A stretch of 64,000 nt of DNA, from assembly GCA_041601615.1 (NCBI GenBank), contig JBFIHX010000005.1:64001-128000 (forward strand). Direction: 5' to 3'. The notes under the pieces are model-generated. The model worked only from the letters and a program-made list of their open reading frames with translations, was not told the origin of the DNA and did not search any database. A program made the position numbers and the translations under genes. Each line of letters starts with the position of its first letter. Positions within the stretch are counted from its first letter, which is position 1. The stretch comes from Thermoplasmatota archaeon (GTDB lineage: Archaea > Thermoplasmatota > E2 > JACPAO01 > JAHFTW01). This document shows positions 1-10,747 of the stretch, one piece after another.

Positions 1-3000
1 GCCGGTTCGGTCGGTGGTGTTGAGTGCTTGGAGGGCGGTGATGAGGGCGTCGAGGGTGGTGGCTTCGGGCAGGTCTACGCTGGTGTTGTAGAATGTGCCT
101 TGGAGTCGCACTTGTTGCACGGTGGCGGCTGTGTGGATGTCGAGGCGCACATTGGCGTCGGCCGGGGCGGCGAGGTCTACGTCGCTGGCGGGGATCATGC
201 CGTCGGCGGCGATGGTGGCGGCGAGTGCTGCGATGTCGGTGGGTTGCCAGGGGGTGCCGTTGTGGCTGAGCGCTTGGGTCTGGCCGCCGCTGGTTCCAGG
301 AGCGGTGAGGGCGGCAAGGAGGGTGTTGTTGCCTTGGGTGGGGTTGGCGAAGGTGCCGGTGCGGATGGTGGTGGCGGCATTGATGGTGTTTTCTTGTACG
401 CGGTCGCGGGCGGCGGCGGGGGTGGTGGGTGTGAAGGGGTTGGGGGTTTGGATGCGGTCTTCGACGGCTTCTAGGGCGATGCCGACGGCGGTGTCGGTGA
501 TGCGGTTGTTCCAGAGCAGCATGTCGGAGGCGCCGGAGAGGCCGGTGACGGAGAATCCGGATTGGCGTGCTTCGGTGACGGTGTTGTCGCGTACGAGGCC
601 GTGGCTGTCGTGGAGGATGGCGGCGGAGCGCAGCATGCGGTCAAACAGGGTGTTGTGGATGCGTACGTCGCTGCCGGTGGCGAGGATGCCGAGGGTTTGG
701 TCGGCAAAGGCGCAGTGGCGCACGCGCACGGTGGCGTGGGCGGCGAGGATGCCGAGGTGGCCGGGGCGTACGATCCAGCAATCGGCCAGGTCGAGTGTGC
801 CGCCGCGTACTTCGATGCCGGCGGCGAGGCCTTGGGCGCGCACGCCGGTGCCTTGCAGGGTGCCGGTGACGTGGACGGGGAAGCCGTTCAGGCCGGCTGC
901 GGGGGCTAGTGTGGCGTTGATGAGGTGGAGGATTCCTTGGACTTGGAGGGTGCAGGTGCGTCCGCCGCAGTCGGAGGCAACGAAGTCTACACCGGTGAAG
1001 GTTCGTTCGTCGCCGGCGGGGATTACGAGGTCTTGGTCGAGGAGGATGGGGCCGGTGTGGAATTCGAGTTGGGTGAGCGTCAGGTCGGAGAGGAACGGCG
1101 CGGTGCTTAGGTCCCCTTGGTAGGCGGCGACGCGGATGGGGTCGCCGTTGCTGGTGACGGGGGTGGGCATGATGCGGTGGATGTTCCAGGTGGCGTTGGC
1201 CCAGTCGTCGCCGACCAATTGGGTGGCGAGTTGGAACTGCGGCGCGAGGTGGGTCACGTCGAGGAATGCGAGTCGGGAGCCTTCGGAGTCGCCGGCAAAT
1301 CCTGGTGCGGCGCGGGCGGCGAGGGGTTGCCAGGGTCCGGTGCCTTGTTGTGCCATGAATTGGGCGTGGGTGCCGGTGGGCAGGTCGTATTCGTGGGCGA
1401 GGACGAGGCCGGCTAGGGCTAGGTCTGCATCGATTTCGATGTGGGCGAGGGGCAGGATGGGCGAGGCGCCGAGGGGAGTTTCTTGGCTGCTGCTGTTGAG
1501 CGGGGTGATCTTGATGGCGGTCACGGGCACGGGGTTGAGGTCGGTGCGGGGGATGCTGTCGGCGGCGCCTGCGATTTCTAGCAGGGTTTGTTCGATGAGG
1601 GGGCGCACGTCGAAGCCTTGGAGGCCGAGGCCGGGGGCGGCGGGGGTGATGCTGCGGCTGGCAAGGAATGGGGTGATGGGGGTGTTGGATCGGGGTGTGT
1701 CTGCGAGACGCATGGGGAGGGTTTCGCGCTCGGTGCGGGCGGGGACGGTTTGGCCGTATTCGTTGGTGCACCAGAGGCCGACGCGCGTCGGGGGCGTGGC
1801 GCCCGTGGCTCCGTTGCGGGTTTCGTTGTGGAGGGTGCCTGCGGGGCCGCCGTTCCAGGGGAGGGTGTGGCTGATTTCGCGTTCGAGGTGGGGTGCCGTG
1901 TCGTGGTCCGTGGAGGGGTCGATCCAGCAGGTTTCGCCGTCGGCGGTGGTGGTTTTGGTGGTTTGGACGGTGCCGGTCTCGTCGCGCACGAGGTGGTCGG
2001 GGTTCCAGCGGCCGTAGATTTGGGAGGATGTGATGGCGGCGTCTTTGGCGCCGACGCTGCGGCCTTCGTGGCCCATGTGGCCAAGGGCGCTCAGATCACC
2101 CGCGTCGAAGCGGAAGGAGTCGGCTGCGGCGGCGGGGTGGGGCACTTTTTGGCCGGCGACGTTGGTCCAGTAGGGGTTTGCTTCGAGGTGGTCGCGGACG
2201 TTTTTGGCAAACAGGGCGACCACGTCGCGCAGGGCTTCCAGTAGCTCGGCATCGTCGGCGCCGCTCATCCATTGGGTGCGGTAGAATGCCTCGAATTCGC
2301 TGTGGGTGCCGGAGGAGCTGAACCAGGAGTCGGGGTCGTAGTCGACGGGCACGGTGGCGACGTGTTGGAGGCGGTCGTCGCGGGTGGTGAGGGTGTGGGT
2401 GGTGCCGTCGAGTTTGTAGGTCATGGGGGTGCCTTTGCCGAGGCCGAATACGGTCATGGCGAGGGCTTTGCCGTCGACGACGAGGGCGTGGGTGCCGGTT
2501 TCGTCTTGGTAGGTGGTGGCGTGGTTGGTGCCGGCGAGTGCGCTCCAGGCTTGTTCGATGGGGTGGTTGGTGTTGCAGGCGGCGCCGTTGACTGGTCGGC
2601 CTCCTTTGCAGGCGATCCAGTTGTCGAGGTCCACGGCGAAGGTGCCGGGGTGCCAGAGGGGGTGGACGGTGCGGCCCATGTCGTTCCAGAGTGCTTGGCG
2701 GGGGCCGTGGAAGTCCATGGTGGCTTCGAGTTGGTAGTGCCAGCCGTTGGTGTCGCCGCAGTTGGTTCCCGTGGGGAGGGGGTCTTGGAAGGCGCTGACG
2801 TTGTGGACGGTGGCGCCGCGTGCGGCGTAGTATGCTTCGATGGCGGCGATGCGTTGGCTTGCGGTGGTGGATGCGGTGAAGGTCTCCCAGGGCGCGGTTT
2901 GGCATCGGACGCCGTCGCGGGTCCATGTGACGTTGGTGCCGGTTTCGAGGGTGGTCCAGCCGCCGTTGTTGCTGCCCCAGAGCAGGTTGTCGTTGGCGGT

Positions 3001-6000
3001 GTCGGCGGTGCCGATTTCCTGGTCCCAGCGGTTGCTGCCGGTGGATGTCCAGGGGCAAGTGGTCATCCAGCGTGGCGTGGATTCGAGGTTCCAGGGCACT
3101 TGGCTGTCGCTGTGGCGTTCTTCGCAGGTGCGGTGGTGGGTGCCGAGCAGGAAACTGGTGTCCTGGTGCATGTCGGAGAGGTAGCTGCGGTCGACGCGGA
3201 CGGTGGCGGGGGCAAACCATTCGAGGGCGTTTGCGTCCACGGCGGGGTTGGCTGCGACGGCGGTTGCGTAGTTGGTGGCGGTGGCAAACAGGGGTGTTGC
3301 AAGGTGTTTGGCCCAGTCGGCTTGCCAGCCGGATGCGGTGCCGTCGACGAAGCCGGTGTCGCGGGGGCGGATGATGGTGCTACCAAGGTTGGGGTCGTAG
3401 GCTCCGCTGCCGTCTGCTTTGGAGGTCCAGCCGGTGCCTTCTTCGAGCACATCGAGGCAGCGGAGGGCGTTGCTGGGTAGGTCGCGGGCGCAGGCTTCGG
3501 AGGCAACGAGCATGGCGCCGTCGGCGCTGCGCACTTCGAGTCGTCCGGGGGCGGTGTCGAGGATTTTGTCGTCGTCCCAGACTTGGACGTTGGCTTCGAA
3601 GAATTCGGGTTGGATCCAGGCGTAGCCGGCGCTGGACATGGCGTCAACGTCGGGGGTTTGGGTTTCGGTGTCCCAGTAGGCGATGCCACGGGCGAAGCGG
3701 GCGCGGTCTACGTTGGGGTGGATGGGGGCAAGGTAGGCGTCGGCGGCTGCCCAGCGTTCGCCTGCAAGGTTGGCGTCGCTGGCGTCGACTCGGGGCAAGT
3801 CTTGGGAGTCGGCGAGAGGTTCGTGGACGAAGCTGTCGCGGTAGCCCCAGGCGTCCAGTGCGAGCGCGGGTCGGTCTAGTTGGGCATAGGCCAGTGGCAG
3901 CATTTGGTCTTCGGCGGCTTCGCGCACCAAATCAAGCGCGGAGGCTTGGCCTATGCTGCTGGAGCCGTCGAATCGGATGTCGGAGAGTGCATCGATGGAT
4001 GCTAGGTGGGCAAGCAAGGGGTCCAGGAAGCCGCTGCTGGTGAGGCCGAACGGGATGATGGTGTAGGTAATGAAGCCGTGGTCGCGGTCGTGGCTGCGTT
4101 GGCGTGATTGCATCAGGACGTGGCCGCTTCGAGACAAGGAGACGGTGTCGCCCAGTGCGGGGTCGGAGAGTCCGGGAATGGTGGTGCCGCTGGTGGCCAC
4201 GGGTGTGCTGTTGCGGTCCTCGAACATTCGGTCGCTGACGTCGCGGGGCAGGTCGGTGGGTTTCTTTTCCAGGATGTAGACGCCGTCGCCGTCGGAGGTG
4301 GGAACGATGATGCGGCATTCGGCTTCGGTGACTTCGATGCAGACCACGAGGATGGCGGCTTCTAGGTGGGCGTCGAATTCGTGGGTCATGACGGTTTCTT
4401 CGTTGGGTTGCGGGACGTTGAATGTGTACATCTTGCTGCATGCCGGGAGGGTCGGTTGCAGGCCCAGTACGGCGGCGTTGCTGGGTTCCATGCGCAGTAC
4501 GAGTTGGTCGGGGATGCCGTCCGTGGTGCCGGCGGCGAGCAATGCGTCGATGTGTGCGGCGCTGTTGCCGCTGTAGAGCAGGTTGCGGACCGTGCTTGCG
4601 CTGGCGCCATGGCCGGCGCCCAAGTCGCAGGAGTCTGCTGCGGGGCCGGTGCGCATGGGCAGGGCGGTTTGTCCGGGTCGGGCAAACAGAGCGGTGGGGG
4701 GATCATTGCCGGTGCTGCCTTTGAGGGTGTCTTGGGCGGTTCCGAGTGCGAGGGGTAGGCGGTCGGGGGAGGCGGTTTGGAGGCCGCCGTCGAGGCCGGG
4801 GATGGGGGTGCCGTACAGGCCGTAGAGGGGGTTGGGTAGTTGGTGTAGGCTCGCGACGGTGGAGGGTGTGATGCTGGCTGGAATGGATGCGAAGTGGTCG
4901 CCTTCCATGTTGTCTAGGTAGCGCCAGTGCACGGCGGTGGCTAGGGGGTAGCTGCGTTCGATGCCGTAGTAGACGAGTGGGTATGTGGGAAGCAATTCTG
5001 GGGTCTCGCTCGTGTCCTGGGATGGCAGTCGTGGATCTACGAGGGGTAGGGGGTAGGAGACCTCCGGTAGGCGCAGATTGTTGGGGTCGATCTGGAACAT
5101 GGGCAACGGGATTTCCTGGTACTCGGAAGGGTCCACGTTGACGCCGGTGGTCAGCAATTCTTGCCAGTCCACGGATGGCGTTTCGATGGCGAGTTGCCAC
5201 AGGTCGCCTCGGGGCGCTGTGAGTGCGATTGAGTCTGGGCGTTGCGGGTAGGCGCGTGGGCCCATGGTGTTTGTTGCGCCGCCGCTGACGCTTGCGTCCG
5301 GCGTCGATACATCCTTTGTTTTTTCCTCGAAGTAGGGACTGAAAAACGGCACGATGTCGTAGGAGAGCGGCAAAGAGGCGTGGAAGCGGGCGATGCCGGC
5401 GGCGTCCGTGTCGGCCCAGTGGGCGCAGACGTTGTGGTCGTTGATCTCCATCATGGTGCTGCGAACCTCGTGGAGGTCCTTCAGATTCAGAGGGGTTGCC
5501 AGGCATACGGCGGTGCCGGGTACTGGTGTGTCGGGGGCGACGAATCGGTGTACGTCTAGGGCGGTGCCGACGGAGATGCTGAGCGGTAGGCGCAGGCTCG
5601 CCGCGTTGGGCGTGGAGATGGTGATGTCGCCTGCGTACATTCCGGGCAGCAGCCAGGGGCTGGGCGGATTCGACTCGCCAGTGGCTTGTCCGAGCGTGGC
5701 CGTGGGGTCGTCGGCGCCGGGCGCTACTTTTTGGGTGGGGACTGCTGCGAGCCCGAGGGTGACGATGGCGATGTCGTCGAGTTCGTTGCCGTTCGTGTCG
5801 CGGGCTTTCGTGACGTCGGTTTCTCGCACTTGGACACGGAAGTGGGGGCCCGTGTGGTCGTCGACGAGTTCCAGGGCTTGCCCTTGTTCGTGCATGAACA
5901 GGCGCCATTGTTGTTCGGTGTTCAGGCTCCATTGCTCGGGTTGGGCATTGAGAGCGGCGACTACTTGGGGTCGGCCGACCACGACGTATTGCAAGAAGCC

Positions 6001-7818
6001 GGTGGCTTCGCCGAGCCAGGCGTCGTATGGCGAGAACTGGATCTGATCGCCTCGGGAAAAGACGCTTGGAAGGGGAGCCGGCGCTAGGTCGTCGGAGTCT
6101 AGGTAGCCAACGCCGCGGGTCCAGGGAGCGCTCTCCATGGGTTCGGCTCGCAGCGCTAAGACACCCATCAATTCCTGGGCGTGCCAGGGGCGGGAGGCGG
6201 TGTGTACGGATTGGCGCAGGGTCGCAAACGCCTGGGCCACGCGCAGGGAGGCGCCCATGCTGTTGTCCATCATCGTGGCGGAGCGGTCCATGGAGGGGGC
6301 GCCCGTGACGGAAATAGCGCCGGCGGCGTCGGTGTAGTCGCTGTCGAAGGGGGACGGGGAGGCCACGAAGTCGATGCCGGTGCCGTGGATGGCGGCGCGG
6401 CGTGAGGGGCCCAGGCAGCTATCGATGTTGGTTCCGGCGCGGTCTCCTGCGGCCACAGTGACCACACCAGGAATGTCGTTGATGCCCACCATGGTCATGA
6501 ATTGGCCGGGGATGGTGGCGCATTCGTCGGCTGGGGCGATGAAAGCGACTCCGGCGTCTCCGAGGTTGCGCACCGCCTTTTGCAGGTCTTCATCGAATGC
6601 GAGGTCGGCCAGATACGATTCGACTAGGGCTCGCAATCCAGGGGAAAGTGAGTCTTTCTTGGCCTTCAGAACATCAGCAAGATCCTTTTCATTGGTGCCG
6701 CCGAATTGGAATCCGGTGCGCCAGACTTCCTCCAGAACACTAGTGACTCCGAGTTGCGCAAGTTCGTCTTGGTTCTGCCAGGTGTTGGAGCTACGCGGGT
6801 CGCCTCGGGCGTCCAGCATCGGGGTGTCGGCAAAATGGAACGCGGGTCGCAGACTGTTTTGGACATTGGCCGGCAGGTGGATGCTGCTGGGGAGTCCCCA
6901 GATTGCAACTTGGACGCCGTTTTGGAAGGCGCTTTTTGCGCTCAATTCGGCGTAGTCGAGGCCATTGCGGATGGCGTCCCGCTCCAGGGCTCCGGTTTGT
7001 TGGTCGATGGCGCCCACGAATAGGACTTGGAATCCGGCCTCGGAGAGGCTCTTGGCCAAGGCGTGTCCTACGAATGTCAGCGGTTCGCCGAGGGCGGTTT
7101 TGTCGCCGCGGGATGCGAGGAACGTGCCGAATCCGCTCTTGTAATGGGGTAGGTAGGGAAGGGATTCTGGGTTGGCTAGCGTGATGCCGGCAAGGTCGTC
7201 TTCGTCCAGGAAATCACCGAACAACAGCACAATGGGTCGATCCTGCACGGCGCCGGCAAGGTGCTCTAGGGTGTCTACGGCTGCGTCGACGGGCGCGCCT
7301 TGATCCCGGGTCGAGGCGGTGGGGATCCATTCGAAACCAGTGGGGTTCCAGGTACGCTCATCCACTTCCTGTTGAACCTGCGCAAGCGAGGGAGCTTCGA
7401 CCCACAGGGGGGTCATGGCGCGGTCCGAGGAGCCGTCGTTCCAATGCACTTCCAGAGCGAGGTAGTGAAGGCCCGGTGGCGTCGCGGTCCATGCAGCAAC
7501 TTGCCCGCCGGGAATAGCTTCGCCGTCCACCGTCCAAGCCAGGGAACTGACGGAGTCGGCGGGGGATGGGTTGGCGCGAGCCGAAAAAACGGTCCCTTCT
7601 AGCCCCCAGCTTCGATCCACCGTAAATCGAGCCACATGCGGATCGCTTGCCACGTCTGACGCGGAAGGGGCCAGGTATGGAGCGTCGGCGCGGGATCCGG
7701 GCTCTGCCCCGGGCGCTTGCGCGATGGTCACCGTGGCGAACATGGGTAACACCATGGTCAAAACCAGCATGATCGCAAGATTGGTTGCGGCACTCGTTCG
7801 GGGGGCGTTGTACTTCAT
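1..7818 (-). CDS. Giant secreted/surface protein (at least 2606 aa, runs off window start): signal peptide, PKD/Ig-like domain, degenerate subtilase-like domain, right-handed beta-helix region
   Basis: Manual translation from ATG at 7818 (MKYNAPRTSAATNLAIMLVLTMVLPMFATVTIAQA...) stays open to position 1, with an upstream in-frame stop at 7933-7935. It is absent from the ORF track because no stop lies in the window. Many + strand shadow ORFs (28, 562, 925, 1117, 1588, 2272, 3583...) share the mirror frame. Codons are mostly C-ending. Confidence 0.9.
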   Translation of the reverse strand, partial: MKYNAPRTSAATNLAIMLVLTMVLPMFATVTIAQAPGAEPGSRADAPYLAPSASDVASDPHVARFTVDRSWGLEGTVFSARANPSPADSVSSLAWTVDGEAIPGGQVAAWTATPPGLHYLALEVHWNDGSSDRAMTPLWVEAPSLAQVQQEVDERTWNPTGFEWIPTASTRDQGAPVDAAVDTLEHLAGAVQDRPIVLLFGDFLDEDDLAGITLANPESLPYLPHYKSGFGTFLASRGDKTALGEPLTFVGHALAKSLSEAGFQVLFVGAIDQQTGALERDAIRNGLDYAELSAKSAFQNGVQVAIWGLPSSIHLPANVQNSLRPAFHFADTPMLDARGDPRSSNTWQNQDELAQLGVTSVLEEVWRTGFQFGGTNEKDLADVLKAKKDSLSPGLRALVESYLADLAFDEDLQKAVRNLGDAGVAFIAPADECATIPGQFMTMVGINDIPGVVTVAAGDRAGTNIDSCLGPSRRAAIHGTGIDFVASPSPFDSDYTDAAGAISVTGAPSMDRSATMMDNSMGASLRVAQAFATLRQSVHTASRPWHAQELMGVLALRAEPMESAPWTRGVGYLDSDDLAPAPLPSVFSRGDQIQFSPYDAWLGEATGFLQYVVVGRPQVVAALNAQPEQWSLNTEQQWRLFMHEQGQALELVDDHTGPHFRVQVRETDVTKARDTNGNELDDIAIVTLGLAAVPTQKVAPGADDPTATLGQATGESNPPSPWLLPGMYAGDITISTPNAASLRLPLSISVGTALDVHRFVAPDTPVPGTAVCLATPLNLKDLHEVRSTMMEINDHNVCAHWADTDAAGIARFHASLPLSYDIVPFFSPYFEEKTKDVSTPDASVSGGATNTMGPRAYPQRPDSIALTAPRGDLWQLAIETPSVDWQELLTTGVNVDPSEYQEIPLPMFQIDPNNLRLPEVSYPLPLVDPRLPSQDTSETPELLPTYPLVYYGIERSYPLATAVHWRYLDNMEGDHFASIPASITPSTVASLHQLPNPLYGLYGTPIPGLDGGLQTASPDRLPLALGTAQDTLKGSTGNDPPTALFARPGQTALPMRTGPAADSCDLGAGHGASASTVRNLLYSGNSAAHIDALLAAGTTDGIPDQLVLRMEPSNAAVLGLQPTLPACSKMYTFNVPQPNEETVMTHEFDAHLEAAILVVCIEVTEAECRIIVPTSDGDGVYILEKKPTDLPRDVSDRMFEDRNSTPVATSGTTIPGLSDPALGDTVSLSRSGHVLMQSRQRSHDRDHGFITYTIIPFGLTSSGFLDPLLAHLASIDALSDIRFDGSSSIGQASALDLVREAAEDQMLPLAYAQLDRPALALDAWGYRDSFVHEPLADSQDLPRVDASDANLAGERWAAADAYLAPIHPNVDRARFARGIAYWDTETQTPDVDAMSSAGYAWIQPEFFEANVQVWDDDKILDTAPGRLEVRSADGAMLVASEACARDLPSNALRCLDVLEEGTGWTSKADGSGAYDPNLGSTIIRPRDTGFVDGTASGWQADWAKHLATPLFATATNYATAVAANPAVDANALEWFAPATVRVDRSYLSDMHQDTSFLLGTHHRTCEERHSDSQVPWNLESTPRWMTTCPWTSTGSNRWDQEIGTADTANDNLLWGSNNGGWTTLETGTNVTWTRDGVRCQTAPWETFTASTTASQRIAAIEAYYAARGATVHNVSAFQDPLPTGTNCGDTNGWHYQLEATMDFHGPRQALWNDMGRTVHPLWHPGTFAVDLDNWIACKGGRPVNGAACNTNHPIEQAWSALAGTNHATTYQDETGTHALVVDGKALAMTVFGLGKGTPMTYKLDGTTHTLTTRDDRLQHVATVPVDYDPDSWFSSSGTHSEFEAFYRTQWMSGADDAELLEALRDVVALFAKNVRDHLEANPYWTNVAGQKVPHPAAAADSFRFDAGDLSALGHMGHEGRSVGAKDAAITSSQIYGRWNPDHLVRDETGTVQTTKTTTADGETCWIDPSTDHDTAPHLEREISHTLPWNGGPAGTLHNETRNGATGATPPTRVGLWCTNEYGQTVPARTERETLPMRLADTPRSNTPITPFLASRSITPAAPGLGLQGFDVRPLIEQTLLEIAGAADSIPRTDLNPVPVTAIKITPLNSSSQETPLGASPILPLAHIEIDADLALAGLVLAHEYDLPTGTHAQFMAQQGTGPWQPLAARAAPGFAGDSEGSRLAFLDVTHLAPQFQLATQLVGDDWANATWNIHRIMPTPVTSNGDPIRVAAYQGDLSTAPFLSDLTLTQLEFHTGPILLDQDLVIPAGDERTFTGVDFVASDCGGRTCTLQVQGILHLINATLAPAAGLNGFPVHVTGTLQGTGVRAQGLAAGIEVRGGTLDLADCWIVRPGHLGILAAHATVRVRHCAFADQTLGILATGSDVRIHNTLFDRMLRSAAILHDSHGLVRDNTVTEARQSGFSVTGLSGASDMLLWNNRITDTAVGIALEAVEDRIQTPNPFTPTTPAAARDRVQENTINAATTIRTGTFANPTQGNNTLLAALTAPGTSGGQTQALSHNGTPWQPTDIAALAATIAADGMIPASDVDLAAPADANVRLDIHTAATVQQVRLQGTFYNTSVDLPEATTLDALITALQALNTTDRTG

Positions 7819-8326
7819 GGGGACACCGGCCAAGAAACGCCCACCGGGGGCCCGACGCCGCGCATGCGCGATGGTCGAGACCAGAAGGCTACCGCAACAT
7901 CCGGGGATGCTACTTATCCCTTCGTTAGATAATTAGGGAACAGGTCATAAAGTTTATCAAAAACCGGCCGAGAACACTGGAAACAAGTTGGTGAAATCGG
8001 GTACATCGCAATGGAACCTCGATCTAATTCATGCAGCCCACAAACAACCAATGTTCTACCCCAAGCGCCCCCACGGGGCCAGTTTCCTCCAAGAAAACGC
8101 CCTCGCCGACTCCATCGTGCGGAAGGCCGCTCGCCCCGCAATTCCGCCACGCGCAACATGGGCCGGCCCGAGAGCAAAACCGGCCAAAATTGGACGCGAT
8201 TGGCTCATTTTGGGTATGCGGCCGTACCCATACCCTTTTGCCCCTCTTCGACTCCGCGAACCAAGACCGAGCCCGGGCCAGGCCCCTCCTGGCACCGTGC
8301 CGTAATCGACTCTCGTAGGTGACCCG

Positions 8327-10528
8327 ATGGGACGCAAGGAAGACAACATCAAGAAGGCCACCGAGATCATGCACAATCTCGACGGCATCCGCAACATCGC
8401 CATCGCGGCGCACATCGACCACGGCAAGACGACGTTCTCCGACAACCTGCTGGCTGGCGCCGGCATGATGTCGGCGGACCTTGCTGGTGAACAGCGAGCC
8501 CTCGACTTCGACGAAGAAGAGCAAGCCCGCGGCATCACCATCAACTCCGCGTCCGCCTCGATGGTGCACACCTACGAAGGCAATGACTACCTCATCAACC
8601 TCATCGACACCCCCGGTCACGTTGACTTTGGTGGCGACGTAACCCGCGCCATGCGCGCCGTCGACGGCTGCATCATCCTGGTGTGCGCCGTGGAAGGCCC
8701 CATGCCGCAAACCGAGACCGTGGTGCGCCAGGCCCTTCGTGAGAAGGTCCAGCCGACCCTCTTCATCAACAAGGTTGACCGCCTCATCAACGAGCTGAAG
8801 GTCACGCCTGCCCAGATGCAAGAGCGCTTCGTCAAGCACATCAACAAAGTCAACCAGCTCATCAACGCCAACCTCCCGAAGGAATTCAAGGGCAAGTGGG
8901 GCGTTCGCATCGAGGACGGCACCGTCATGTTCGGCAGTGCCTACCACAACTGGGGCATGTCCGTTCCCTACATGCAAAAGCACAAGATCGGCTTCGCCCG
9001 CATCTTCGAACTTTGCCACGCCAACGACGAGAAGCAACTCGCCAAGGAATGCCCCATCGCCGATGTTGTACTGGACACCGTGGTTCGCTCCCTGCCGAGC
9101 CCCAAGGTCGCCCAAGAATACCGCATCCGCCACATCTGGCACGGCGACCAAGACAGCACCGCAGGCATCGACATGCGCGAAGCCAAGAGCAAGGGTGTCA
9201 CGACCTTCATGGTCACCAAGATCATGATGGACCCCCACGCTGGTGAAATCGCCGTCGGCCGCCTCTTCTCCGGCGCCCTGACCCGCGGAGACGAACTGTT
9301 CATCGCCGGTACCAAGACCAAGAACCGCGTCCAGCAAGTCGGCATGATGATCGGCGCCGACCGTGTGGCCGTCGACAAGATCACCGCCGGCAACATCGCC
9401 GCCGTCACCGGCCTGCGCGATGCCATGGCCGGTATGACCCTCACCAGCGACACCGAGATGGAGCCCTTCGAGCGCATCATCCACGTCAGTGACCCCGTCG
9501 TCACCGTCGCTGTGGAAGCCAAGAACATGCGCGACTTGCCCAAGCTCGTCGACACCCTGCGCAGTGTAGCCAAGGGTGATCCCAGCCTGGTCCTTTCGAT
9601 CAACCAGGAAACTGGCGAGAACCTGATGAGTGGCATGGGTGAACTCCACTTGGAAATCATTCAGCACCGCATCGAGCGCGACTACAAACTGGAGATCATC
9701 TGCTCCACGCCCATCGTCGTGTACCGAGAGAGTGTCTCCGCTACCAGCCCATACCCCTTCGAAGGCAAGTCCCCCAACCGCCACAACCGGTTCTACATCA
9801 CCGCCGAACCCCTAGACGAGGCGATTGTCAAGGGCCTGCACGACAACACCATCCCGAGCGAAGCCAAGAAGCACGCCAAGGAAATCGAGTCGATCATGTA
9901 CAACGAGTACGGCTGGGAGAAGGACATGGCCAAGAAGGTCAAGGCCATCGACGGCACCTGCATGCTCGTGGACGCCACCAAGGGTATCCAGTACCTGCAC
10001 GAGACCTTCGAACTGATCACGGAAGGCTGGAAGGAAGTCATCAAGGCCGGCCCCCGCGCCGGCGAACCGGTCCAAGGCGTCCTGTTCAAGCTGACCGACG
10101 CCAAGCTCCACGAGGACGCTGTCCACCGCGGCCCCGCGCAAGTGATTCCCGCCGTGCGCAACGCCACCTACGGCGCCATGACCACGGCCAAGTCCATCCT
10201 GATCGAACCCATGCAGAAGGCGGTCGTCACGACCCCCGACGACGTCATGGGCAACGCCACGCGCGAGTTCCAGAGCCGCCGCGGCCTCATCCAGGACATG
10301 CAACAGGAGGGTGATTCCACCACCATCACGGCCAAGACCCCGGTCGCCGAGATGTTCGGATTCGCCGGCGCCATCCGCTCCGCAACGGGCGGCCGCGCCA
10401 TCTGGTCCACGGAAAACCTAGGCTTCGAAGTGCTCGACATGGCCCTTCAGGACAAGGTCACGCGCCAAATCCGCGAACGCAAGGGCCTCAAGCCCGACCC
10501 GTACCCGCCTGAGTATTACGCTGAGTGA
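8327..10528 (+). CDS. fusA: Archaeal translation elongation factor 2
   Basis: AHIDHGKTT, RGITI, DTPGHVDF and NKVD GTPase motifs; diphthamide loop HEDAVHRGPAQV; 733 aa. Confidence 0.98.
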   Translation: MGRKEDNIKKATEIMHNLDGIRNIAIAAHIDHGKTTFSDNLLAGAGMMSADLAGEQRALDFDEEEQARGITINSASASMVHTYEGNDYLINLIDTPGHVDFGGDVTRAMRAVDGCIILVCAVEGPMPQTETVVRQALREKVQPTLFINKVDRLINELKVTPAQMQERFVKHINKVNQLINANLPKEFKGKWGVRIEDGTVMFGSAYHNWGMSVPYMQKHKIGFARIFELCHANDEKQLAKECPIADVVLDTVVRSLPSPKVAQEYRIRHIWHGDQDSTAGIDMREAKSKGVTTFMVTKIMMDPHAGEIAVGRLFSGALTRGDELFIAGTKTKNRVQQVGMMIGADRVAVDKITAGNIAAVTGLRDAMAGMTLTSDTEMEPFERIIHVSDPVVTVAVEAKNMRDLPKLVDTLRSVAKGDPSLVLSINQETGENLMSGMGELHLEIIQHRIERDYKLEIICSTPIVVYRESVSATSPYPFEGKSPNRHNRFYITAEPLDEAIVKGLHDNTIPSEAKKHAKEIESIMYNEYGWEKDMAKKVKAIDGTCMLVDATKGIQYLHETFELITEGWKEVIKAGPRAGEPVQGVLFKLTDAKLHEDAVHRGPAQVIPAVRNATYGAMTTAKSILIEPMQKAVVTTPDDVMGNATREFQSRRGLIQDMQQEGDSTTITAKTPVAEMFGFAGAIRSATGGRAIWSTENLGFEVLDMALQDKVTRQIRERKGLKPDPYPPEYYAE

Positions 10529-10632
10529 GGGCGCAGCCCGAACGGGTGTAATACTCAGGAGCGAGGCCCTCGGGCCGAGCGTCGCTGCGGCCCACTTGTG
10601 GGCCGTATGCGCCTGAGTATTACGCTGGGTAG
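10506..10632 (+). repeat. fusA 3'-end duplication with an intervening inverted copy and hairpins
   Basis: cgcctgagtattacgctg at 10506-10523 and 10610-10627 (PEYYAE* vs PEYYAG*); inverted gtaatactcagg at 10548-10559. Confidence 0.85.
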
Positions 10633-10676
10633 GCGAATTCGCGGCCCTGGGCGGCGGAATTGGACCGCCTCGACCC

Positions 10677-10722
10677 ACCCTTTTTCCTCCCTCTCCTCCC
10701 CCGCTCCTTCCCCCTTCGTTTA
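10677..10722 (+). terminator. Polypyrimidine tract, putative terminator after fusA
   Basis: cccttttttcctccctctcctcccccgctccttcccccttcgttt-like C/T run between fusA and eif2a. Confidence 0.4.
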
Positions 10723-10747
10723 TGACCAACCTGTCACTCGCCGAATC

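Noticed and set aside
28-7602. Numerous + strand ORFs, or a provirus, in the first 7.8 kb
   Set aside because: They are shadows of one long minus-strand ORF; no viral hallmark genes are recognisable.
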